Shown one piece after another: positions 47,233 to 60,879 of a DNA stretch of 64,000 bases. Source of the stretch: Lama guanicoe (taxonomy: Eukaryota). The stretch's first letter is position 1; every line of letters starts with the position of its first letter. The notes below the pieces were generated by a model. It did no database searches. It was not told where the DNA came from and saw only the letters and a list, made by a program, of their open reading frames with translations. The DNA lies in contig MU053881.1 of NCBI GenBank assembly GCA_013239625.1, forward strand, positions 10,191,957 to 10,255,956, in the 5' to 3' direction. The translations under genes were made by a program, and so were the position numbers.

Positions 47233-50200
47233 TCACACTGGTACTGGTCAAAGTTGTGAATCTGAAGGAGAGGAAGAGAACCTAAATCTGATGAAATTTG
47301 GGAACCAGAGAGATTAAGTACTTCTAGTTATCAAAACAGTACACGGATTTAAAGGAAGCTGGGAAACACTCTTTTTCGTAACTCCATTCATCTGATACGC
47401 CGGATAAAGGTACTGTAGTATCGCCACTCTCACTGTTTGGAATAAAGCCAAACTCCTTTTCTAAAGCACAGGAAGACAGGCCCATCCAGTCGTCCTGGAT
47501 TTTAAGTTCTAACTCATTTCTAAACTAGCACATCAAGACTACCGATCAAAGCAGCTAAAAGTGTAAGCTACACCCAGTTAAAGAGACTGCTACCCCAAAG
47601 ACCCCAGACTGGACGACCCCGCACTGCTTTTGAGCTTTGTAGATGATGGAAGACAAGGATGCTGGAGTTTCCTCTCTCAGCACCCTGGAGAGAGCACCAG
47701 AAGTTAAGAAGGGAATAGGGAGGGGCTTGTGGACCTGCTGAAGAAGCCATTTCAAGAGTCCTTATAAGCCTGTTTGAAACATTTTCTTCAAAGGAAGTTC
47801 CCGCAACAATTATTACAGCTCATTTGCCTGCAAATGTGCTCTCTGTTGTTAATCAGCCAGTCATTAACCTCAGCAATAGCAATGTGTTGTCACCATGCAT
47901 TTCAAAGAGGTGCATGGAGATGGGCGGTCTTTAAAGAGCTGCTTAAGCTGAAGGAGCTCATTACGTCTACATCGCTCACTCTTCCAAGGTAAACACACCC
48001 TCAAAACAAAGATTTTTCTGCCTGGGGCGCTCCTTGCCCTCTCCGAAGCTTTTCCTAAGAGTCATGCCCACAGTTTTCCTTGATTGTCAGGGAAACAGTC
48101 TCGGGGACGAAATAACATACTGGGAAAAATTGGCCGACTAGGACAGAGATGAAGTTCGGTCTAAGGTCTTACAGTTTAGGGTTCTGAAAGAGCAATTGCT
48201 CCTCGCCTTCCTCGCCAGCAGAAAACCCAAGCCTCAGAGAAAGAAGCCAGAAGAGGCCAAATGGGGGCCGTTCATTATCCAGAGAACAAACTCTAATGTC
48301 CTCAGCCTGTAGTTTTTCTCCCCAAAGCGGTCATTTAGAAACCCTTGTGTGTGCTCAGCCTGTAGTTTGTCCCTACATCAACCCTCCATTAGGCCACCGA
48401 ATCCTCAGGGTAGAACTTGGTCCTGCCCCTGGCCCTTTCTGTACATTCTCAGGCAATGGAAAAAGGTGCTTCAGAGACAGTGGATAAATTACACGATGCT
48501 TATCAGAAGGCTGGGAACGGCCTAAAACTGTACGCAGAATTTTCTCTCCCTCTGAATTTTTCTATGGTAGGATCCATAGCTTTCATCCTTTTCATGATAA
48601 AAGTAAAGAACTGCTAGAAAAACACTCCCAAATTTAACCTTTAGTGAACACGTATCAACTGTAATTATATTTGCTTTGACGTCTAGTACGTTGAACCCCG
48701 CAGAATGACCGTTTTCATAGGTCAAATGCAGCTGAGGACCAGAAGTTTCAGCTGGTTCAACCTAATAAACATTTTACATAAACTTACAAATAAGTAAGTA
48801 TATATTGACTAAGTTTTATGTAAATGAAAATAACGTTTTAACGTAACTGTTATACAAACAGTATATTTAATAGTGTGATAATTCTATATAAGGAAATATA
48901 TGTTAAATATATTTGTACAGGGCTGTGTTTGATATACAAATACGCTGTTACTAGAGCTTTACACTATATTTACTGGATACACAGGCATGTACAGGGTAAT
49001 GAAAACACTGGCAGCATTATAGCCTGTCACTGGTCTCTGGGCTGACTGGATGAAATTTTTCCTTTTTCAGAATCTGAATTTCAAAAACCATTAGTGTACC
49101 TTATGTACAAAGGCATCAAAAGAATATAAATCTCCAAATAATGGACAGGTCTCATCCTCCTAAGACTGCAGGTAGATTGGCTTCTAAACGTTTAAATTCA
49201 TTTTGATACAGATCCCCCTGTTAAAAATTATAACCCCACAGACAGGCTTCAGAATACATGGGAGCACACCCCTGCTTAATAAAGGGCATTTCTGGATGTA
49301 GGTAGACTGCCCCCACTCCCCCCACCCCATCTTACACATTCCCTTCTTCTGTTATGGCAATTTACATACATAAAGCTATCAATTTAGTTAATTAGGCTTT
49401 AAAACTGCTATTTCAATGAGGATGAAACTTTTTTTCTCTGATAAAATAACACAAATAAATGATTGCTGCTGTCATAGACTGCCCAGCTGCTACTTCACTC
49501 GAAAGCTTCAAAGTGTACCTTTGATGTGAAAAGACTCTTAGTTAGGGAATATGCATATGAGAAAGGATTCTGAAAAGGAAAGCTTTAACACAGCCTCAGA
49601 AAAAAAAAAGATATAAAAATACAGCCAGCCAGAACCTTCTCTCTAATGGGTGGCAACTGAAGGAATTCAAAAAAATAAGATTTTCCCCTCTGGATCAAAA
49701 TGATAGTAGTTAAAAAAAAATGTCTTTTTTTTGTTCTCCAATTTTCAGATCCTTATTGTCTCCAAATATAGAGGTATAGAAAATGTTTTGAGTCTTTGCG
49801 GATGTGGAGAGGGGTGTGAATAAAAAAAGGAGATGAAACCATTGTTACAGAAGATACTGTCATGCTTAAGAGGGTCAAATTGGACTGATGGAGTTTGCTT
49901 CTGGTTGATAATTGATCAATCAGGCATGAAAGTAAAATGTTTTAAGATTTCAGAAGAAGGAAAAGCATTCCTTTATGATGACTCTAACCCCTTGATTCTT
50001 AAACTCCACATTTGACACAAGAAACCAGGTCACAAAGCCCAGGTCTAGAAAGCCCCCAGGGGAGAGCAATGAACTTGGCAGAGCTAGAATCAAAAAGATG
50101 TCTCATCTTCATTCACGTGTGTGTGCAACAAATATCCATTTGCAGATCTAATGCTTTTTTTTTTCAATTTTTCCTTAACCCCGTACTGTGACTTCAATGA

Positions 50201-50511
50201 ATGACAAATGAATCGGTCTCCTTAAGATTTAAAAAAAAAAAAAAAGTTCTTTCTATTCTATTCCTTTTTAAGGCAGTGGATAATTTAAAGCAAAAAGAAT
50301 GAAACTTTGATGATTGACTCATTTCTCTTGCAGGAAGCCACTTCAACAAAGATACTAACAGAGGAATTATTATTATTATTTTTTTGTACCTGCACACTTT
50401 AGTCCTGATGAAGACAGAATTTGTCGTCAAGAGGCAGCCTTAGATTTCTGCTGTGAAGCAGTGTCTGATAAACACTGTCTACTGCCAACAGAAAAGCAGA
50501 GGTAATCTTTT

Positions 50512-50547
50512 ATAAATAAATAGATAAATAAATAAATAAATAAATAA
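50512..50547 (+). repeat. (TAAA)n microsatellite
   Basis: Read directly from the sequence. Confidence 0.9.
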
Positions 50548-53500
50548 GTTCTTTTTTAAAAAAAAAGGCTCAAGATCAACTTCATAGGGATAAGAGAGCT
50601 CTTAAATGAGAAAGCTCTTCCTCGAAACTGAAACTAAGGTACCATATGGTTCCCATCAAATTAAAATGCTAATAGAGAGGGTGGCAGGCAGGCGGCTGTA
50701 TCTTAGATCAAGTTTTAGTTTTCTTTGGTTTTACTTGCTGTCAGGGTTTTTCTATCATACTGTATCAGGAAAAGCATTGCACTCACATCAAATCACATCG
50801 TTAATGGAAAGGGCGGCAGCCTAAAGTACCCTTGATCAACTGCTAATTTTGTTTTATTCTTCTTCCTCTTAACAGCTATTCTCTGAAATGAATAACTCTG
50901 CATTCAAAAGAGGTTTTTGAGAGAAACTGGGCACTAAAACAGAGTAAGATGAACTGAAGACACAGAAAACCATTATGCTCACAGAATCAACAGTTTTAGT
51001 CGTTTAACATTATAATAAATGTGTTTGGCTGTGACGTGCGGCTTTCACCACTAAAAGGTCTCCTGTTACATCTGCACATGTCTCCGCACTGGGCAACCGA
51101 TACGGACAGGACGGCCAGGGGTGACAGTCTCTCTGTCAACGCTGAATTTGTGATTCTGAGGGTCGGACAATTGCTCTAAACGTGCCTCTCTTCAAAATGG
51201 GGAGGCAGTGAATTCAGTGTTGCTGAGAAGTGTCAGGTTTACTGCTTTAAGGATCGAAGTAATCAATTTATCTGGAAGATCAGGGAAACAGCAAGAGACG
51301 CAGACTCCGCCCCATCCCTGGCTCTGCCTTTGATGGCCAGGGCTCTGGGTAACAAAGGTCTGTCAGCTTTTCTGCCATACCCAATCCTCGGGGATCTGCA
51401 CTAAGGCTGAAGATTCAGAGCCCCTTGCTGCCCTATTGGAAAACGAAGTGTCTGCCGATCCAGCAGTGATGTGAGGGAGACAATCACTTGCTGTCCCAGT
51501 GTTCATTTAGTCTTTTAGATATAAAACTTGCCTTCAAACCCAGGGTAAAGGGAAAATGAGACCAACCAAAAGTACATGTCTTTTGATAAGCTGCTGACAA
51601 AGTGGATTGGGGTGGTGGTTCATTTACCTCGGAGACTGGCTTTGCAGAGCATAAGACGTTTGCTACGTGACTGTGTAATGCGCTGGGCATTTACCTTCAG
51701 AAAGAAGTCCAGGAAAATCAGGCAATGGAAAGGAAAAGAGCTGGAAACTATTGTTAACACTCGTAACTACAACTTACCCAGGATTCAGGGAGCAACTTAA
51801 ACTACTAGACTCTGTTATTTGGGGGTTTCACAGATAAACACAGGGACACAAACATCCAAAAATCCAGCAAAAAATAATTCTGGTTCTCTCTCTATAATAA
51901 GTGTCTTGAAAGTTCCTCTCTTAAGCCTCTATTTCTCCCTCCAATTAATAATCTGACCATAATTATTAGAAATCATTCTTGCCATGAGCATTTGTTACTG
52001 AGCTGTGATTTCATCTCCTATGGTTCAAATGCAGCTTTTACATCTTTTTGGTCTCCAAAATAATCGTGGTATTTTCAGTCTCTTTCTTTGGAGCAAATTA
52101 ATTTGGTTTCCAATTTCCAATAGTATCAATGGGAGAAAGTATACCTGTTTCAACATAGTGATTGAGTCTGATAAGTCAAAATCAACCATTAAACAAATAA
52201 AACCAAACAACAACAATAAAAAACTTCAAGATAATCATATTAAGTTTTTTTCCCCCCCAAACAAGTGGAATGGATAGGATGCAATGATAAAATATTACCA
52301 GAGCAAATGTGTAATCCCTAAAGTGGGAATAAAAGTGAAATGCATTATTCACAATTTGCATATAGACATATATAACCTATGCACAGGGTTAAGATGGAAT
52401 TCTAAAGTATGGATTTTCTGATGGGAAAACTAATGATCTATTAAGTCCTCAAGTGCTGGAATCCACAATCGTCATGAAAGGTAATGCTGCTGCTAAGTGC
52501 TATGTGGTTCAGGGCAGAAAGGTTTCTGGGGGCAGTGGAATGGGTACCATTTCAGGAAGAGGTGCGGGCCCCTGTCAATATTGAAGTCCATTCACGCCAT
52601 CCAGCTCTGATCTCTACACCTCCCAATCTGGCTCCTGGTGGGTTTGTTCTCCAGAATCTCACTGACCCTTCAGATCGCTTCCCTAATGAAATGCTTGTCA
52701 GCGGCTGCACAGGAGGTGCCCCCACCACCGAATTTTGATTTAAACTTTTGCAGTCAATGAGCCTCTATGATTTTTTTTCCCTAGAGAGAAGAGGCTCAGT
52801 TGGTTTATTTCTCGAGCTTATCCCTGATCTAGTGTATCCATCTATCCATGTATTTATGTATCAATTTATCTATCTGCCTAAGTTTTCCAATAAAGGATAC
52901 ACCTGTCTGTCTGATTTTAAGTGGTCATATATGAAATAACCCTAAACCACTTCTATCTAAGGCCTCTTTTTTTTTTCTTTTCCCCGGATGGTGGGGAAAG
53001 CTGCTTTGAAATATAGGTTTTGATCAATTTTATATTATCCCTTTTTCAGGTCTCTAATGTCTATTTCAAGGGATGTTTTAACAGTGTAAGTTTTACAGCA
53101 GCTCCTAAATGATAATGAAGACTTTCCCAGTACTCTTTCTCCTTTGACACCTGAATTCCAAACTGAGATTTAAATATATAGCAATTATGCCTGATATCAC
53201 AGACGAATATCAGATTACAGAGTATATACGATATCACAAATTCCTTTGTTAATGCTGAATTCCCAACCAAGGGAAGCTCAAAAAGGCATCAGTGGATACT
53301 GGAGATAGAGGTTCTTTTTTTATGCTCAGTGGATTTCGCATCGACGATGTGCTTTAAAGGAAAACCTAAAGAGAATATGTCAGCCTCAAATAAAATTGCT
53401 ACTTTGTGTCCTATGGATTTAGATTATCTGGTACAGTGGCTTTAGAAAATCTGAATATTTTTAAGGAAGAATATGCCGTAGAAAATAACTTTTGATAGGT

Positions 53501-53704
53501 AAATAATACCCAACTTTAATCATTCTAGTGTTCCAATTTAGAAACAAGTTCAGAGATAACTCTATTCTGCTCACCAAGGAAAAACAGTAATTTTAAATAA
53601 AAAGCATGCAAAAAACCCTTTCATCTGTAGTCTTAGATCAGCTAGGCAGTATAGGGGATGCAGAGCTAAGTAAAATTTCTTTAAAAGATGGCAGGAGATT
53701 TTTA

Positions 53705-53822
53705 TATAATTCAGCTGAAGCATTTAATATGCATCTACCTTGTCCAAGGCACTGATCTAGGCACTGTGAGTTCTTAGAGATGAATATGACTGAGTCCCTT
53801 AAGAGACAATATGTTCTGACTG
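53705..53822 (-). mobile_element. L2 3' end
   Basis: gcatttaatatgcatctaccttgtccaaggcactgatctaggcactg. Confidence 0.65.
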
Positions 53823-55644
53823 AAAAAACAAACAAACAAAAAAACCCAGCCAATTTGGAAGCCAACAGCAAATGAAGTGAAACTGTATCTTCAAATACAA
53901 GAGCGAGGTTCTCAAATCAACAAGGCAATTAAGGCCAACATCACTGATTATTCAAAATTATCTTTGACACTTCTTTCAATCTGGAGGACCCCTGGCTCTG
54001 GGAAGCTCAAAAAGCTAAGAATTAACTACAGTACTTTGATTTCACTTTGCCCTGGGGCTTTCCTATTCCTGAGGGTGATAGAGGTCTGGGTCTGCTTTGA
54101 AATGGGAAGGAGAGGGGAGATGAGAAAAAGAGAAGGGGATGGTGGGGATGGAGGGGGTGAGGGGGCAGGAAATGGGGCTTAAGGAAGGGAGGAGTAAAGA
54201 GAAATATCCCTGCTTCTCTCGTCTTTTCCAAAAAGGGTGGAGGTTGAATTCTCATGAGTGAGGGCAACATATACCTCTGCTCTGTCTCTCTGGTGGTCCT
54301 AATGCTTGCTGAGGATGGAACTAAGTCACAGCTTCAGATGATACCTTGAGAGGTGAGGACTACAAGGGGCCCATGCGTTTTCCTTTATCATGAGAAACCC
54401 CCTTGAGAAGGTAGCAGCCATTGGTACCCGCTGGTTCTTAGTCTCAGAGGAAGAAAGTTCAGAACGACAGAGTATGCTTCCAGAGGTTGGGGTTATTCAT
54501 TGGTTCTTCCTTCTGGGTGTCAGCCTCACACTTCTGACACCAACCCTCACCCTTCTGACATGGTGGATTTATTACCAAATAAAGCTATTCTTTTGGAAGC
54601 AGTGGCCAACCATATTTCATCCCCACCACCATTTAAGAGACCATACAATTTCTGAGGATATCATTAACCCAGGCTTCAATGCACAGAACATGCAGAGACA
54701 GTGAAATAGCAAAATGTATTTTGTAAGACCTCTATTCCCCTACACAGTAATGGCTTAACACTTTGGCATTAATTCCATTTGTCAAGCTGTAAGATAAATA
54801 CATGCACATCAGACACTTTCCCAGCGTTTATTCAAAGGGCAGACAGTGAAGACCACTATTTAAATGGGAAATGGATCCATTTGTTTCTGAAAACAAAGCA
54901 GAGATTCACAACTCACAAAACATGTCAATCTTTTTAAAGAGACAGTGCAATTTTTTCAGAACAAGATGACTGCCGGCTAGGCTTAATCTCCCCGTAAGAA
55001 TAATGATGATATTAGTTTAAAAAAAAATTAGAAATCCTAAAGTAAAGTGAATACTTTAGATTCTCTGGTCAAAAGTGAAAAGTCAAAATACCTAAAGCCC
55101 TCACCAATAATACTTTTATTTAGGATTTCTGGGTATCTCTATTAGTACCTTCATTTAATACAATTCCATAGTTTCTAAACTTGGACATACTGCATTAAGT
55201 TTTCCACCCAGTGAAGCTTTTTACATGCAATGATATTCACGCATGGATAAATTACCATATCTTGAAAGAGATTTCCAGACTTCTCCTTATGTCTCTTGCC
55301 TAAATTGATCTCTATTTATATTGCAACGCCAGGTTGACTCTGTTCTTTAAAACGATGATGAGTAGTTTTTATTTTTACTTTTTGGCTTTCCAAGCGATCC
55401 GAAGCATTAAGGTCGGATATATGGCCTCAATCAAGTATTCTCCTTCGAGGGATCTACTACAGTTGAAAGAGAATCACCAAGAATGGATCAGAAAATAGAA
55501 AGAAATTTTGAAACCCTCTGCCTCAACACAACTTTTCTGTATATAGAGATATGTGCATTTTTTTTTAGTTCCTGGAAAGAAAACCTGTGACATCATTCAG
55601 ATGGTCAAAGAGTTCCATGCTGCAGGTAAATGCTTAAGAAAAAC

Positions 55645-56010
55645 ATCTCTAGTCCACTTCTGCCGTCTCTGTTCACCCTGTTCCTTCCGACACTGGTAAA
55701 CGCCCACCTCACTACCCTGCTCAAATCTCTCCAGATGATTTCTCCTTTCCTTCAGAGAAAAATACAAAGTTCTTATCTTGGGTTTTAACACACCCTCCAT
55801 CTCTCCGGCCTCAGGGCCTTTGTACTTCCTGTTCCTTCAGCCTGGAAAGCTCTCCTACCATTTAATTTCTGGTTTCTTTCCTTCTCTATTCACCTGTCAT
55901 CTTCCCAAGGAAGCCTTCCCAGACAACCCACAGCCCCACCCAGGTCCCCCCCCCATGACTACTTCCTTGCCATCCCCTTTTCTTGCTCTATTCCCAAGCA
56001 CTCTTATATG
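55645..56010 (+). mobile_element. L2 fragment
   Basis: ctcagggcctttgtacttcctgttccttcagcctggaaagctctcc...ggaagccttcccagac. Confidence 0.75.
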
Positions 56011-56431
56011 ACCTCGGACAGATTATAAATAACTATTTACCAACTTCAGTTGATTCCCTAACTTCTAGAAAATAGGCATTAAGTAACTGTTAAAGAATTC
56101 CTTCCTTCCTTCCTTCCTTTTTACTTTTATAAGTGTAACCTCTAGGAGAAACAGTTGAGGTAACTGACACCTAGAGAAGCTAAGTGTTTTGTCCAGTCAT
56201 CATCCAAAGGTGATCTAAACTGCAATGTGACAGGTGCCTATGAGAGTCTCACTGGTCTTTTTTCTGTTACATCATACCTTTAACAGAGTTTACACAAAGC
56301 TATGATGATGTCAGCATAGGACTGGATGTTACCTGTCACCTACTCCGGCCCCCTTACTCCTAATCTGCTTTCTCTTGAGAAACTAAGATGCACACTTAGG
56401 TGTGAACATGGATACATTAACATGCATATAA

Positions 56432-56458
<27 letters not shown>
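56432..56458 (+). repeat. (CA)n microsatellite
   Basis: Read directly from the sequence. Confidence 0.95.
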
Positions 56459-56463
<5 letters not shown>

Positions 56464-56884
56464 CTACATCTCTTTCAGACTTTCTGTTTGCGTGTATACC
56501 TACTCATAGAATTCTGATAAGATAATACACTTTAATTCTCTCATTACACGTGAAGATTCAAGGACCAAAGAAAATAAATGGCTTCTTCAAAATTATAAAG
56601 CTAATCAATGCTAGAGGCTGAGACATAATGATGTCATTTTGATTTCAATCTTTAAAAGAAAAAAAGAAAAGGGTAAAAAGGGTGAGTTGAACAAAGGGCA
56701 TCCTAATTTTAAACTGTTTAAATTGTTTTACAGGTAACAAATACTAGTGGGTGTGTGATAGATGGAGTGACTGAATCTTGAGTGACTAAGAATTAGGAAA
56801 CATGGTTGAAAAGTTCCAACTGAAATAAATGAGATGATAAAAGTTGTCCTTTCAGATTGCTTTCTGAATTTACAGTTGCCTTCA

Positions 56885-57008
56885 GGTTTGTATCTCCCCT
56901 GTTGTGAGGGCCACGAGGTCAGGGACTTTCTTTTTCCATCTCTGTTTCCCCAGCACCTAGAACAGTGTGCTTGCCGCATAGTATGTGTTCAATAAATATG
57001 TGTTGGGT
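56885..57008 (+). mobile_element. L2 3' end
   Basis: tttccccagcacctagaacagtgtgcttgccgcatagtatgtgttcaataaatatgtgttg. Confidence 0.8.
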
Positions 57009-57019
57009 TAAGTCTAAGC

Positions 57020-57142
57020 CTTAAACCTGTGCTGGGCAGACACTGTACTAAGCCTGTGCACACCTCCTCTTTTATCCTCACAAAATCCCATCAGCAAGAT
57101 CCTACTATTATCCCCAGTTCTTGAAAGAGAAATTCAGGTTAG
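57020..57142 (-). mobile_element. MIR
   Basis: atcctcacaaaatcccatcagc...tactattatccccagtt...gagaaattcagg. Confidence 0.6.
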
Positions 57143-58356
57143 GCTCCGATAGTTTGAAATGAGTTACTTCTGAGAACTTCCAAACTCACCTTTCTTACCC
57201 TCACCAATTGCATCTATTTGTCTAACCCTGTGATCAGATTAGAATACATCCCGATTCACTGTATCTATACGACTTCAAAAGGGTTGTTAATTTACTCATA
57301 TTATCTCATGTGAAATGTAGGTGCCATCATGTAGATGCCTCTTATGTGGACACAACCTAGAGAATAGTCTGATGATGAGATTTCTCCCTTTGCTGCCTAG
57401 AGGTCAACAATCAGCCTGCTTTTCATTCCCCATTTGGATATCAGCAGTCTAAAGAGATTACAACCTAAGAAATACTGTTACACACCAAAATTACTAAAAA
57501 ATACACTGCCAGAGCTAAAACAGTCTAACATATTTAAAGCATTATGCTTTCAAAAACAAATCAAAATTTATTTCCAGAGCTGCAACACAAAAATCAATAT
57601 TGGAATAAACATCTAAATTGAAAGATAGAAATACATACTCTGTAAGGAATTGTCATTTTAATCTATGCTATACATTTATAGCTGATAAAAATCTCAGTTG
57701 AAAACTTTCAAATTTATAATTGCATATAGCACACAGGAAACGCCATAGTCAATTGACTTAACTATCAGTCCTATTATAACACCCCAAGGCACAAGAGTGA
57801 TAAAGTATATGAACCAACCGATATAGTTTTTGTTTTCTATATCCAATTATTAATATCTCTGAATCCTGCCTTTGTTTCTGTAAATGACATAAAATCACGT
57901 GTCATGTCACAATAAAATTAATGCTATTTTATCGTTTCTAAACTCTAAAGCACTGTGATTTGTATGAAATTTATACACTTTATAACTTAATTTGAGGTTA
58001 TTTGTGTACATATGTGAAGCAGCCCACGACTCGTGACCGGATCATCCTGGTCTTTCAAATACCATACATTGTGCAGAGTAAGTGCTTAATAAATGTTTTT
58101 GAATAAAGGAAAGAAAGCACGCAGGAAATACCTAATGTGAGGATTAAAAAATATGAGCAGAATGAAATACGTAGTGATAAGAGTTAAGTGAATGTTGCTG
58201 GTTGCTGGTTAACTTCATGGATAACTTGAAGACGTCTCGCTTCTGACTGCAAATCAAATGAGGTCCAGCCAGACAGTCAAAGCCTCCATGATCCCACTGG
58301 AAGGAGGCTTGATGAGACAACCAGTTTAACAGTCTAATGACGCTGAACTACCACAC

Positions 58357-58556
58357 AGTTTTCCGGAAGCAGTATTTTGGGACCACCTGCATCTGAGTAA
58401 CCTGGACTGTTTGTTTAAAAGCAAAAACTAACAAAAAAACAGATTGCCAGGCCTCCCCTATTCCAGACCTGCTTTATCACAGTTTCTCTTATGGGAAAAA
58501 AAAAAAAAAAAGGATCTGAGTTGAGTCTAGGCTCTCTGAACATTAAGACTCACTGT
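58357..58556. mobile_element. MER5-family MITE
   Basis: cagttttccggaagcagtattttgggaccacctgcatctgagtaacctgg...ccagacctgctttatcacagtttct. Confidence 0.6.
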
Positions 58557-58579
58557 TCTTGTCACTGTCTTCTGCGCTA

Positions 58580-58807
58580 TTATTAGGGCAACTTTGAGCA
58601 AGCTAGGAAAAAAACCGTCTCTTTTGGGGCCCTTCCTTGGTAGAGATTAGAAAAAAGATACCTATTGAGGGTGGATGTAACATGTTGGTAAAGTGTTAAG
58701 TTTAGAGATAGGAATGCATATGAATTCAATGCCCCCCTGACCCACTGTCATTTTATTTGGTGCTTTTGTGCAGCCCATAAATTGCATAACTGTGTGCAAT
58801 GGCTCTG
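58580..58807 (-). mobile_element. MER91-like (hAT-Tip100) MITE
   Basis: ggtgcttttgtgcagcccataaattgcataactgtgtgcaatggctctg resembles the reverse complement of the MER91 terminus. Confidence 0.5.
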
Positions 58808-59892
58808 GGTACCTGCGAAGGACCAAATTATATAGTTACCACATTCTAAATGGGAGAACAAATTCCAAGATATACTATGCAGCTTGAGCCCTCAACTTTG
58901 AAACGTCTTTTTTTTTTTTTCCTTCTCCAGCAGAATTCCAGGGGGAAAAAAAAAAAACAGTATATTTCAGGTATGTAAAAGCATTTCCTGATGGAGAGGT
59001 TATTAAACCCCACAGTAGGCAGGTAATAATGCCTCAGTGTCTGGGATGGGGTAAATGACCTCCTCACCAAAAGCCGGGCTAGGGAGTTGGGGACAGGATA
59101 ATGTCTCAAACTCCCCTGTAGCCACAGGAGTTCACAATTTTATTACCTAAGGATGCAAAAACATTTTGGCACATGCTGGGCTCAGGCAATTCCACTGTAG
59201 CCTAAGTGGCCTTTAAGATGCAAAGACCTTCTTTAAATCCTACTCTATGAACATTTAATATTTGAAATTATTTGAGATGAAAGCATAATATCCAATTGTT
59301 ACCGCTTCGTAAGTGACTCTCTTACTCGCCTAATTAGGGCAAGCAATGCTGTCAATAGTAAAACATTTTCGAGAGATTAACTTTGTACAATAAGAGCTCC
59401 TGTGCCAGCCGGAAAATCCTTTCAAGTGTTTCACCTATTTCACAACACTGAGTGGCCAGCAACTCATTTTAATATTTACAGACAAAATGGTATTTGGATA
59501 AAGCAAAGGTCAGGCTTAAAAAAAAAACCAAAACAAGGCAGAATGACATCCTAATTGAAGTTCCAGCTTGTGGCTCTCAACTTGGCAGCCAGTATGTGGT
59601 GAGACAAAAATAGAGGGAAGTAAATGTCACTAGGTCCTCTCCTTGTTAAGAACCACCAAAACTTACACAATTTCTCAGATAACCTTAAAAGAATTAAGAA
59701 ATCCTTCCAACAAAGCCACACCATGCATCTGTTCTTTCTGCTACAGTTAATTCCATATTTAGGACTGAGCCTTTTGTAGTGTATACTGATGATTTTTCGT
59801 TAGAATTCCTTGTTCGAAGCACAAGAATGTTATTCCTGTTATTGACAAGAAATCTCACAACGGAACAGGAGATTGGCCTGACTCCCCACATG

Positions 59893-60057
59893 GGTGGTAT
59901 GATTCCAAATCTGGTTGATGATCAAATATCCTGGGATGCATTCTTAAAACTGTAGTTGCCAAGTCACACACTGTCAGTGATTTTGATTTAGTAAGTATTT
60001 TTTTTCTTTTATAGTCCTTCAGGGGAATTCCACTCAGCCAAGTTTAGAAATCCCTGG
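59893..60057. mobile_element. MER5B-like MITE
   Basis: ccaaatctggttgatgatcaaatatcctggg...gattttgatttagtaag...cagccaagtttagaaatccctg. Confidence 0.65.
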
Positions 60058-60364
60058 ACCAGGGGATAACTTACACATTAGAAACACAGGACTCCTGAAG
60101 GTCTCCTTTATGCTGATATAGCTTCATCCATCTACTCACTAAATATGGGAATTCCATGAACATTCCATTAAAAAAATTATAACTTCTCATTCAACAGTTA
60201 GGAATACAAACACGATTAGAATAGGAGATGTTAATTAACTTACGATAATCATTGGCAACAGTCTTCAAAGTCTAGTGGAACCAGGCCCTTGCTAGACCAC
60301 GGAGGAATGAACAAGGGGTTCAGGTTTGAGGGGAGCTTTGCATGACCAGCATCGCACGACAGTA

Positions 60365-60500
60365 TAGAGTAATGATAAAACTTTGCTCAAATCCACGGTC
60401 AGAGAGTGGACTTGCATCGTGCTTTGATCACTTTGGCCTCTGTGACTTTGCGCAATTTACTTAACCGCTCTGAGCCTCATCTGTACATGAAAAGAATTGG
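60365..60500 (+). mobile_element. MIR
   Basis: ctgtgactttgcgcaatttacttaaccgctctgagcctcatctgta. Confidence 0.75.
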
Positions 60501-60879
60501 ATACACTTCATATTTCAGTGAGGAAGAGGTTCCTAATATATTCATATTCGTATTAATGCTCCCTTCACAATTCAGCTGAATAATTCCTAACCGAGCTAAA
60601 TGTTGGTATGGCCTACATTTTCACAAATCACATTAATACCCTGGTCTGCCATCAAGAGATTCAGTAAGTCTGGGTGGACCTGAGAATCTGCATTCGGAAA
60701 GGCCCGCAGATAATTCCTACACAAAGCCCATGGAATGAAGGGAGAGCTAGAATTGCTGGACTTAAGGAGGGACAGTGAAATGAGGCCACAAGTTGGTAAA
60801 AGCCGTGACAGCTATAAACACACGGAATTCTTAAGTCAAACTGATATGCACATAATGTTAAAACAAATCACTACTTCTG

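Noticed and set aside
48301..48368. Direct repeat ctcagcctgtagttt twice at 53-bp spacing, superficially CRISPR-like
   Set aside because: Only two copies in a mammalian context; an old local duplication
55385..55470. CpG-containing stretch with an atccga/tcggat stem and an open minus-strand frame
   Set aside because: Only a 6-bp stem, the peptide is unrecognised and there is no convincing donor site
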